Assembly: GCF_000372725.1 (NCBI RefSeq)
Contig: NW_005201792.1
Span: 871,440-935,439, forward strand
From: Emiliania huxleyi CCMP1516
Lineage: Eukaryota
DNA: 64,000 nt
Direction of reading: 5' to 3'
Shown here piece by piece: positions 1-10,757 of the stretch. The notes beneath the pieces were generated by a model, which worked only from the letters and a program-made list of their open reading frames with translations, had not been told where the DNA came from and searched no databases. Made by a program: the position numbers and the translations under genes. Position 1 is the first letter of the stretch; the number at the start of each line of letters is the position of its first letter.

Positions 1-1668
1 CTCGACGAGAGCCAGGACCTGACCGAGTGCCAGGTGGAGCTCCTCGTCGTGAACCAGCCTCAGGCAGACATCTTCGTGGTGGGCGACGCGGTGCAGTCGC
101 TCTACTCTTGGCGCGGCGCGGCACCCAAGCAGCTGCGGCAGCTGCGGCAGCGCGTCGCGCCTCGCGCCGTCAAGGATGATCTGAGCATGACGCGCAGCTT
201 CCGGTTCGGGCCCGGCATCGCGCGCATCGCCAACCACTTCCTCTTCCTCAAAAAGCACAGCCGGCAGCACAGCTTGTGGCACCACTACACGATCAGCGGC
301 GCGGGGAAGCTGCCGGTCCTGTACGTCGGCGGCGAGCCGCTGAGCGGGCGGCGGACTGTCGTCGGCCGCTCCAACGCGGGCCTCCTGTGCGAGGCCTTCG
401 CGCTGCTGTCGGCCGACCCGACGGTCAAGGTTGCGCTGCTCGGCCCCAAAGACACCACCTACGAGAGGTTCGAGGGGATCTGCGACGATGTGCTCGTGCT
501 GCAGCCGCACTTCAAGGCGGAGGACGGCTTCTCCTTCAGGGGCGCGCAGTACGACTCGTGGGAGGACTTTGAGCAGGAGGTCGAGGACCGAGAGATGCCG
601 TACGGGCCTCACCTCTCTCTGCTGCGCAAGTTTGCCAGCGGCGGCGACGAAGGCGGCGGCGGCGGCGGCGGAGGCGGAGGCGGCGGCGGAGGAGGCGGCG
701 GCGGCGGCGGCGGCGGGTCTAGCGGCGATGGTGGAGGCCAATTGGCGGAGTTGGTTGACCTGTTTCGGGAGCACGTGTTGCGCCGGCGGCTGGCGGAGGA
801 CGAGTGCGAGGTGCTGCTCACGACGGCGTGCGGTGCAAAGGGCCTGGAGTGGGACAATGTCAAGGTGCAGCCGAGATTCATCCGAGATCGAGGCCGGTAT
901 CATCCGAGATCCAGCCCCGCCAGCCGCGTTGCAATCCCGCGCAGGTGCTCGATGACTACGCCAAGCTAATGACCTTCGAGCGCGTGCCGGAGGAGGAGCT
1001 GCAGCAGGGCGGCGAATACGCGTCCATCCAGGCGGAAGGCGCGTCGCCACATCGTGGCGCGCCGATGCGTTTCTGCTTGCCCGGGGACTGGAAGGGTCTA
1101 GAATCGCAGAAACGTCAGCGCAGCTGGAGCTGCCGTCTCTTGATCTGTCTAGCTGTGAGCAGGCGACGAGCTCAACTCGTGGTACGTCGCCGTGACGCGG
1201 GCGCGGCAGCGCCTGCAGCTGCCCAGCCGGTTCTGGGCGTTGCATGACGCCGTGTGGGGCGGTGGAGACTTCCGCCCGGACCCATCCGAGGAGAGCGCGC
1301 CTCAGTACACCGCGGAGGAGGTCGAGGGCATCAATGCGCTCCTCGCCAAGATGCGTGGCGCGCTCCCACCAGCCGGCGCCGAGATGGAGGACGAGCTCAG
1401 CCAGGGCAGCAGCGTGGCGACGGCCGCCCCCTCCGCCCACGGCACCCCCTCCTCGTTGCCCTCCTGCTCCGCCGTCTCGCCAGCAGGCTCGGCGCTTCGA
1501 GGCCTCGCGCTTGGTACGCCCGACGCAGCACCATCGGCCCTCCGCCGAGAGGATTACGAGCCCGCCGACGGCCACGACGCGGAGGGCGAGGCTGCTCTCG
1601 ACGAGTTGCTCAACGAAGGAGCGCCGTCGCCGCCGACAGCCCGCACGCTCCGCTTTTCGGACGGATAG
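1..1668 (+). CDS. UvrD/SF1A DNA helicase, FBH1-like (5'-truncated at window edge; introns 865-944 and 1096-1162)
   Basis: Motifs LDESQD (II), VVGDAVQSLYSWRGA (III), SFRFG (IV), TACGAKGLEWDNV (V) and, after splicing, DELNSWYVAVTRAR (VI); poly-Gly insert. Confidence 0.85.
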
Positions 1669-2216
1669 TGATTGTGCCAGACTGGAGAGATAGTTGACTG
1701 TACTTTTGTGTGACGTGTCAGTAAGCGTATCGGTGAATCGTCTAATTTTGTTTTCGCGCTCCGCCTCTCGTGACTCGTCGCCGCGCTCCGGGGTGCGAGA
1801 GGTGTATACAGCAAAGCTTCAGCCGGAACCCGGTTTTTCCCGCGGGCGCCTGGCGCGTGGGCTGGGGCTCTCACGCCCCGCGAGATCGCCACCTCTCTCA
1901 CTCTCTCGCTCGGCTCTCACGGCTCTCGCGGTCTTCATGTGTGTTTCCGTGTACCGCACAGGGCTCGGGGGGGGGGGGGGGGGCTCTTCTTCTCTTTCAG
2001 TGTGGATCTTACGAACATTCCCGGAGGAGGAAGAGTGCTGACAGGGTTTGCGATTAGGAGCGACCCCGAAGGGTTTCTCGGGGTTAGTACACCACTATTA
2101 AGCTGTGGGAGGGGTCCCGTACCATGCGGAATCGGCCCTATCAAGTGCTCAAGTGCTCAAGCTGTGAAAATGGCAGTTGCGCGCGACATTACGAATCGTG
2201 CGTCCCTTGCTCCGAC

Positions 2217-3385
2217 ATGATCCATTCGAGGCTGCCAACCCCTCTCCTCCAGCTTGCTCCCGTTCTAGCGGGCTTCCTCCTTGGGGTCGGCGCTCTTTCT
2301 TGGCTGGCCGTGGCTGGGCGGATGTGGGGGGCCGACTCCACGCTCGCGGAGAGCTTAGTGTCAGCGGAGAAGGGGTGGGAGGACCGGCTGCTCGTACCGG
2401 TGGAGAAGGGGTGGGAGTGGTGGGACACCGTGCTTGCCGCGGCCGACCAGGTGGAGGCCTCAGCGGCGCTGCCCTCCTTGCCTCGCCCTCCTCCCTGCTG
2501 CCTGATCCTCTCATCTCCGCTTCATCGCCTAACTCGCATTGCCGCCCCTCCCCAGGTCCACGACATCGGCCAGGGGATGGGGCTTTGTCGCGGGCATAAT
2601 GACTCGTGCCACGTGTGGGACTGCTGCCTCGAGACAGGCGAGGACGACCCCTTGGGACAACGCAAACTCTGGTGCAATCCCTTTGGGGGCGGCGAGCAGG
2701 AAATGTTAGTCGGCTCGGTGGGAAAGGTGCATGCTCGCACATAACAGGCCGACTGGCCCCGCACCGCTCCCTCTCCATTGATGTCGGACCGCCCTAGGCG
2801 CGTTGCCGCGTCTGCGATGCGGTTGAGGGCGAGATTGGCAAGGACACCATCACCACAGTCAATAGCAGCGGCACTTTTACGACGGTGGTGCAGTGCGATG
2901 TCAGCAAGAGGAGCGCGCGCGGTAAGGACGGCGCCGCCGAGCTGATGGCAAGCGTGGCGACCTTGGGGGAGGCGGCGACGGCGGTTGGGCCTCAGCCAGC
3001 GATCACTTCAGGGCTCCAGCACTGCAAATAGGCGAAACAGGGCGCGGTGGCGGGCTCCATAGCGCAGACAGGGGCGAGCCCGATTATCAGCAGCTTCACC
3101 GCCGCGGCCGCCTCCCCGGCTCCGGTCGACGAGGAACTGGTGTCAGCCCTGCTGGCGCTGCAGTACGAGGGGAAGCCCATCTTCGCGGCAGCTGATGCGA
3201 CGGCGGTCGCGACGGCATTGGGTAAGGACGGCGGTACGTTCGCTGACCTGATGGACCCCGACATGATCGAGGACGACGATCTGGTGGATTATGTGCCCTT
3301 GAAGATGCAGCACAACAAGATACTCAAGCTCCGGAGCCCGCCCCCCCCCGCACCCCCCCTCGAGGCAGCAACAATGCTACGCTAG
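2217..3385 (+). CDS. Hypothetical multi-exon protein: N-terminal hydrophobic segment, Cys-rich module, possible SAM-like C-terminus
   Basis: LAPVLAGFLLGVGALSWLAV; LCRGHNDSCHVWDCC...WCNPF; GGTFADLMDPDMIEDDDLVDYVPLKMQHNKILKL; plausible introns including 2451-2555. Confidence 0.4.
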
Positions 3386-3744
3386 GGGACAGCAACGCGC
3401 AGGCATGCGTCGGGGTGTGTCGACTGCCGTGTGTCGCCGTGTGCTGCGCGCGTTTCGTTCTTTCGAGTCACACAGGTCGGCGTCCCGGACCCACCGTATC
3501 TCCATCTCGCGCGGTCTGAGTTTGACTGTTGTAGGAACCCTTCCTACTTTAAACCCGTGTGTGTGTCTTATTCGTTATTGCCAAAGCAATATTGTATTCA
3601 AGACGGCGATTGCCTTTTATTGGGGGGCAGAGAGGTCCCATGGGTAGCAGGACCTCGCACTCTGACAGTCTCTGACAACTGTGCAACCCACCAGCACCAC
3701 ACCACACGCACACTGAGAAGAGAGTTTTTTCCCTTTCTTGCTGG

Positions 3745-4996
3745 TCATGAAGGTCTCGCACGGGCGCGCTTGCTACTCACGCCGCCTCCGCCGACGCTCG
3801 TCGCTCGCCTCCGCTTGCCGGCTCGAGTCGCGGCTTGGGGCACTGGCGGTGCGGCAAGCGCCTCCCCGTGCGCCTTTTCAAAGGTGTTGTAGTGGACCTG
3901 TTCACAGCTGAAGGCGTGAACCTGGCGCTGTTTACGCTTGCCGCGCGTCGGTCTGCGCGCCGGCGACACGTACGCCAAAAACGCCTACAATGGTGGGTCA
4001 GTTACGTGTGTGTATGTGTGCGAGAGAGAGAGAGAGAGGGAGAGAGGGGGGGGGGGGGGGAGGGAGGGAGGGAGAGGGAGGGAGGGTGAGGGTGAGGGAG
4101 AGAGAGAGAGGGAGAGGGAGAGGGAGGGGGGGGGGGGACGGTGCGGAGGCCTGCTTGTCCATCTTTTGCTCCGAGGGCGTGTAGACGAGGTAGGGGTTGA
4201 ACTCGGTCGAGGTCACCACGTGCAATGACGCGCCGAGCGCCTGGGCCGCGGATTGCACCGCTCGACGAGCCCGACCTCGCGAGGCAGCGCCGTGCCTCGC
4301 TTCTGCCGACCACGGACTCTCTCTCGCGCGATCTCGCGCGATCTCGCGCGATCTCGGGCGATCTCGGCGAGCGCCTCGCTGGCAGCGCGCAGCGTGAGCT
4401 CGTCGCCCCACGTGCGGTTGCGCTGCATCCGGCGCAGGTAGGCTCCAAAGTCGTCGCAGAAGCCTAGGCGGGTCGCAAAGAGGTGAGTGGGCTCACGCCA
4501 GGGCGGCTCGCTCCCCGGCCCGCAGAGCGTTGCACAGATGGAGGAGGCCCGTGCTCGACCACGGGCGGGTGCTACATCTCGGCTACGTCTCGCCGGAGAA
4601 GTCCTCCGCATGGGACCTGAGGTGCTCGACAGCGGCGCGGCGCACGAACGCGTGGTGCTCCTCAGTCCCGTATAGCGAGCGGGATATGGACCTGAATTGG
4701 CAATTACCGTCGCCAGCAATACGCAGCATCTGCATGCCGTACAGTCTGAGCCGCTGCCGCAGCCGCTCTGCCGCGCCGGGCGGCCGTCTCGCATGCCGCC
4801 GGCTGCTCGCTCGCCGCTCGGCCGCCCGGAAAGCCCAGCGCTTGAGCACCCAGATGGCACGGAATGCGCGCGCAAAGACTATCAGCCGTAAGGGCGGGCC
4901 GTCCACAGATAGGGCCGCGACGGTGGCGGCGTCGGCGGTGTGGTCGGCAGGTTGGGGATGATCGCTGCTGGATGGAGAGGTACACGAGAGCTGCAT
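3745..4996 (-). CDS. OTU-family cysteine protease (deubiquitinase), about 4 introns; start uncertain
   Basis: RIAGDGNCQFRSIS (catalytic Cys loop), TWGDELTLRAASEAL, and spliced FLAYVSP-VHYNTF (catalytic His). Confidence 0.88.
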
Positions 4997-5879
4997 GCGC
5001 GCTTCTGCTCGTCCGCCGATGTTCTCGAGGTTCTCGAGGTGGATATCCTTTGGCCGCGTTGGGTAGCGAGGATTGGTGTAACCCGAGCCACGGAGGCGTG
5101 TTCTGGCGGCCCTATGTGCACTTGATTTTGGATACCCACTAGCATACCTTGCGCGCACGCGCGCGAAATTTGTTTTTCTGTCTGCAACAACAGCCCGAGG
5201 GGTGAAATGTCTTTGTTGTCTCTGTAACGAAGGGCCCGCCGCTCCGCCTACGCCGGCGATGACCCACACACCGCTCACCCAGACGCGCACTGGGCCTTGC
5301 ACTTTGAATGCCGTGGGGCTCCTGTCGTCAGACGTGGAGACGCGAGGGTTGCCCCCCCTTGCCCCACCACCTCGTGTGTGTGGAGAAGTTTACCTTACCT
5401 TACCTTACCTTATGACCCTCTCGGCAGAGCGACATCGCGACACGCGAGCACCGGGCAGAGAAGGGGACGCAGAAGCGGTTGGATGGAGAGGCAGCCGGCG
5501 CACGAGGAGAGGCAGCCGATGGAGCCGACGAGGTGAGTAGACACGAGTTTACCATTCTGCCCGGGGGTGGGGGGGGGGGGGGGTGATGGTGTGTGTGGCT
5601 TTTGCAGAGGCAGGGGCTGGCAGCTTTTTGGAGGGGGCGTTTGGCACTGCGAACCCTCCTCGCCCGTACTGCTTTTCGAGATAGGAGAAGAAGTCTTTGC
5701 GATTCTTGTTGGATGGGACGGGCAAAATAAAAAGAGCGGCGCCTCTTCGAGTCTCAGCGCATCCCCGCGCCGCAGGAATCGCACGGACCAAACAGGTGCT
5801 CCAGCGATGCGGACTCGTGTCACCCTTGAGCTAGTCCTTCCCCGGTCGCCTAGCCCCTAGCCTCTCTGCGCTGTCTGGC

Positions 5880-5945
5880 CTGAGGGAGGGTGTAGAGGAT
5901 GTAGAGTGTAGAGCGCTGTAGAGCTGTAGAGATGTAGAGCGCTGT
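5880..5945 (+). mobile_element. Solo end of CTGAGGGAGGGTGTAGAG foldback MITE family
   Basis: Same terminus as copies at 18868, 20023 (inverted) and 40607. Confidence 0.7.
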
Positions 5946-6034
5946 TAAAAAACAACTTTTTTTAACGTACACACCGCCATCACACACAAAATCAAAGCAG
6001 AAAAAAAAACAGCGCTGAGAGGGGTTGTCTTTTA

Positions 6035-7346
6035 TCACTGCCGGATCTCATATGCCTGGCGTATCCAGCCAGGAATGGACTCGGCTTGGCGAAACGCCTC
6101 TCCCGGATAGCCCCTCGGAAAGAGCATCGATCTGCGCGGCGCTATTGCACATCGCCGCCGGATCCACTCCGTGACATTGGGAACATGCATTCCAAACGCA
6201 CCTCGGCCATGGTCGCTGAGGTCCCCGCTCCATCCCACAAACTCGATGCACTTCACGTGAAGGTTGATGAGGGCGGTATCTTGGCAATCAAGCCGAACTT
6301 TGCACGCCTGGGGAGACGGTGCTCTAAAAACGGTCTACTACTGGGCAGCGCGGACGACGCGGCTGAGGGTCAGCTTACCTCGTAAGGAGGTTCGGCGATG
6401 TTGTGCTGTCCGAATGTAAATCTCACAGGCTTCGCCACGAGCGCCGGCTTGTCGAGCAAGCAGTTGTACCTATAGTATCATATTGTTGCGTAAGAACCGC
6501 AAGTGGAGAAGCCGGCGCCGAGCAGGCGTCGTGCCGCATCAGGGTTCTCTGCTCCAGCAGCGGTCGGTCCCATGCCAGAGTCATCTCCGCACTCTCGTCA
6601 AATAGCACCTGGTAGGTGAGGGGGCAAGGGTCGCCTCACGCTCCTTTGGAGCAATGCAAGAGCAAACCACCAGGAGACGGACTAGAGCGGTGCCGACCTC
6701 TACGCCAATCGGAGCAACGACGGTGGCACCCCGTGCGTCGAGGGACTTGGCGTAAGCTGGCAAGCTTACACCGCGCGCAAAGAAGTGCTCGTCCAGGTCG
6801 GCCTGTGAACAGGCTTGTGGACATGGCGCAACCGAGGGGCCACGGATATTGGGCTGCGCTGGGAATCAGTGAGGTCCGGGGTGAGGAGCGCGCCCAGAGA
6901 ACGTAGCTGTATGAGGAGAGGAGCCGGGCCATATGCCTCTGCGCAAGATATGTTCGCCAGGTCTCGCCGAAGGGGTGCGGCTCAACCGTCTGCACGTGAG
7001 TGACTCTCCATCGCAGCAGGCACTGCGTGGTGTGCTCAAACACCGGCATGTGAATCACGTGGATGTCGCTGACGGAGATGCCTGTGGCCGCGTGACACGA
7101 TTGGGGAGGGGGAACTCGCGGGGCGTTGCTGGGTAGCAGTTGGCCGTCATCGGGTCATATACACGAGTATGGGGATTGAGAAAGAGATGTGGTCGCCACC
7201 GTGCCCGACGTAGTGGCGCATGAAGGCATTGCAGTGATGAGGGTGGTCGCGGGAGAGGAAGGTGATCACAGCGAGGGAGGCGTCGGCGGCGGAGGCAGCG
7301 GCGCCGTGACAGCTCGCGCCGCTGCTGACCGTGGCGTTGTCTGACA
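6035..7346 (-). pseudogene. Possible degenerate gene, weak resemblance to a glycosyltransferase N-terminus
   Basis: Protein-like fragments in several frames (ITFLSRDHPHHCNAFMRHYVGHGGDHISF; HVQTVEPHPF...SYVLWA); no intact ORF. Confidence 0.2.
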
Positions 7347-7392
7347 TTTTACCGCGACCCAATAATTGCCGTCGAATTCCCGTTTCTTGGGT

Positions 7393-8705
7393 GGTTTTTG
7401 CTAAGGTGTAGATCAGGTTCCACAGCATCGTCCCACACGTAGCTCAGCGGTCAGGTGAAAAGGGGTTTTTGCTAACGGCCTCCCACACACGCCACCCACA
7501 CCGGATATGTCTTGGGCATTTTTCGCACTTTTCTTTCTACGTCGGTCGGGGTCGCGTGGATCGATTTTCAAAGTGAATATAGACAATAGTACGGCATAGA
7601 AAAACTGCAAAACAAGATGCGTTAGCTCGCCGCGAAAGCAAACAGAGGAGGGCGAGGAGGAGTGATTAGCACGCGTCCTCTGCCACCGTGCGCGTGTTAT
7701 GAGGTGGTGCGAGAGAGCCATTTGCGTGCGAGCCCGTGCCCCGTCCCGCCACCCGCCCGCCCCGGCCCCGGAGCGCGACAAAATGTGAAGGGTGGGCCAC
7801 TTGTGTTGAGGGATGGCAACCCAGGTGGGTGTCCTCCGCCTCCAGCTCAGCCGCCGCATCGAGCTCCGCCTCATACGCGTGTGGCTGTGGGCGACGGAGC
7901 CGCCGCTGCGGCCTTCCGCCGTCGGGGCGACGGCGACGGCGGCAGCGGGCCGGGCGGCGGCGGCGACGGTGGCGGTGGTAAGGGCGGCAGCAGCGAATAA
8001 GGCGGCGGCGAGGGCGGCGGCGGCGGCGGAGGAGGCGGGCTCGGTGGGGGCGGCGACGGTGGAGGCGGCGGGGCGGCGGCGGTGAGGGTGGCGGCGGTGA
8101 GGGCTGCGGCGGTGAGGGCTGCGGCGGTGAGGGCTGCGGCGGCGAGGGCTGCGGCGGCAAGGGCGGCGGCGGCGGCGAGAGGGGGAGGCCACGACGGCGG
8201 CGGCGGGCTGCGCGGCGGCGGGCTGGGCGGCGGCGACGACGACGACGACGGCGGCGGCGGCGGCGGCGGGCTCGGTGAGGGCAGCGACGGTGGAGGCGGC
8301 GAGGGAAGCGGCGGGCGGCGAGGGCGGCGGCGGCAAGGACGGCGGCGGCGAGGGGGGAGGCGGTGACAGCGGCGGCGGGCTGGACGGCGGCGGCGACAGC
8401 GGCGGCGGCGGCGACGGCGATCTGCTTCTCCTCGCGGCCTCCGTCGATGGGATCCTGTCGGCAGCCGGGCGGCGGCCGGACGGTTCGGTGAGATGAGAGG
8501 CGCTGCCGAGCGCGGAGTGGGCGCGGGGGGTCCATCGGGGATGGCTGGCGGCCGGGGGCGCAGACCCACACCGTCATGCTCGGTGTCGGTGGGTCCCACG
8601 GATTGAGCGTGTAGGTGTGTGGTCGTGAGGCTCCCACACAGCGAGTCCCGGCTCCCACGTGTGGAACCTCCGTGTGGGAGGCGTGTGGAACCTTAGCAAA
8701 AACCC
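7393..8705. mobile_element. Putative TIR element carrying a Pro-rich low-complexity tract
   Basis: GGTTTTTGCTAA at ~7393 and ~7464; inverted CCTTAGCAAAAACCC at 8691-8705; SPPP-type tract 7920-8420. Confidence 0.45.
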
Positions 8706-10757
8706 TCTAACTTTTCCGAGCTCTGACGCCGCGCGAATAGGGCCTTTAGGCCTAGAGCCCCCCCCCCCCCCTCCCCCCCCCCCCTCCCCCTCCCTCCCTT
8801 TTCTCCCATCAAGCTAAAAGGACATCCAAGATGAATCGGTGCCTCCCCCCCCCTCCCCCCCCCCCCCCAGGGGCGAGGCCCGAGCCAAGCTGCAGAAACG
8901 AGCTTTTAGTGGCTATAAGCATAGGCACTGAGATTATGGTGCGCGCGGAGCGCGCTGGTGCTACTCGGACATACGCGCGGAGCGCGCTAGCTAGACACAC
9001 GCGCGGAGCGCGCCGGCTAGATAAAGCCGTACCGCGGAGCAAGCAAGCAAATCAACACAACCGTTCGAATGCTGACGCCGCAAGTCGTTGCCGCCGGTTG
9101 CCAAAGTCCGCCTGGATTGCTCAGCAGCACAAGCATCCACGGAGCCAGCGAGCGCCGAGCGACATTGCCTTGACAATCTTGACTGAGCCGGACCGCGACA
9201 TGTCGGCGGGCAAACTTGTAAAATGGTTCCGATGGCCGAGGTAGCTCCGGCGGACGTGAGAGCACGGCCTGACGATCAAGCACGAGAGCGACGAACGGAG
9301 GCGCAGATAACTGGCGGTGAACTCACTGCTGATACCTGCTGGAGCTGCGGAAGATGCAGTGGTACTGCCGCAGACAGAGCACCGCGCGCTCCGGCGCGCC
9401 GCTGGAAAGCACGCGCGGAGCGCGCCGCTGGGTAGGCGCGGAGCGCTGCCACTTGAGACTGGGCCTGTGGGTCGCGGGTGGGCCGATTGGTTCCAGCGTG
9501 TGAGTCAAACTCTTAATAGAGATCGCAATCTAGCCCTCCACAACCCTCAAAATTTTCTTCGGGGCGCGCTCCGCGCGCGGCGCTCCGCGCCTCACTCCTT
9601 GAGCGTCATAGGCGCTGACCCGCACATGTTCTGCAGCTTGGGGCCCGAGACGCTCGGCGAGGGGCTGTGCAAACCTCTGTTGTGTTGAAGAGGCAACCTA
9701 AATGCTACTGTCTCTTGAATAAAGGTCCGAGACGTTGGAAGCCCCCGACGTCTGTTCGTTAGAGGAGTTATTGTGTTAGTTAGAAATGCCGTGTGCCCTG
9801 TGCGTGTGGCTGTGCGTGTGACTCGGGTTGCTGACAGACTGCGCCCAAACGCTGAACGTAATACAGGCTACACAGCACACATCTCACGCTCAATTCAAGC
9901 CTTCAAGCCTCATGTCGCCATTGCATCTCGAGACCGCGCTCGCTTCGAGCGACCCCGTGCACTCGCTCTCGCGCGCCGCGACTCATCCGGCCTGGTCAGG
10001 AGCAGCTCGGGCGGCATTGTCCACGAGTACTCCTTGGTCACCTACGTTCACCCGCCAGCGTGAACAGGCGTAAACCACGGCCCGCGCTGTGCTCGCCGCC
10101 AGTCTTGGCGCCCTCTGGCGCCAGTACGGCCGGTCGAGTCGTGCGGACCAGCACTCCTTCCACAGCGATGCCGCCTACTCACAGCCCCCGTCGCTGCGAA
10201 TGGCGCCCCGCTGTTCGAGCGACCCTCCGTGCAGCGGCTGCGTCGCCTCGCCCGCGGCCTCCGACCCCCCCTCCCGGCGTGACGAGCGGCCTCCCCTCGC
10301 CGCGCCTACCTTGCGCGCGAGGTGTGAGCTAGCCGCACCTCACCGGGGGAGCTGCACGCCTCCCTCTCCCCGCGCCCTTCCGCCGCCTCTTGCGCTCCCT
10401 GCCCTCCTCCTCGCCCTCGCCGCCCCTCCTCGCCGAACGCTCCGCCCCGCGCTCACGACGCGCCGCCTAACGCGGTCCGATTGTGACGGTGAGCCGTCGT
10501 CCACACCGCGTGCTCCGCCGCCACGGCGCCGCCTCCGCGGCGGGGTCGATGTACTCCTCCCGCCACACGCGCCGCCGCTCCTCGCGGTTGTACAGGAAAG
10601 CACGCTGCCGCCGCCTGCATCGCCAGAGGAGAGCTGCCGTGAGAACAGAGGCCGCCGAGCCCTTGCAAGGGAGCGCAAGAGGGCGCAGCGGCGTCGCCGC
10701 CTTGCCTCTATCCCCACACTTCGGCTACACTCCCGCCGCATCTCGGCTACGCCTCTG

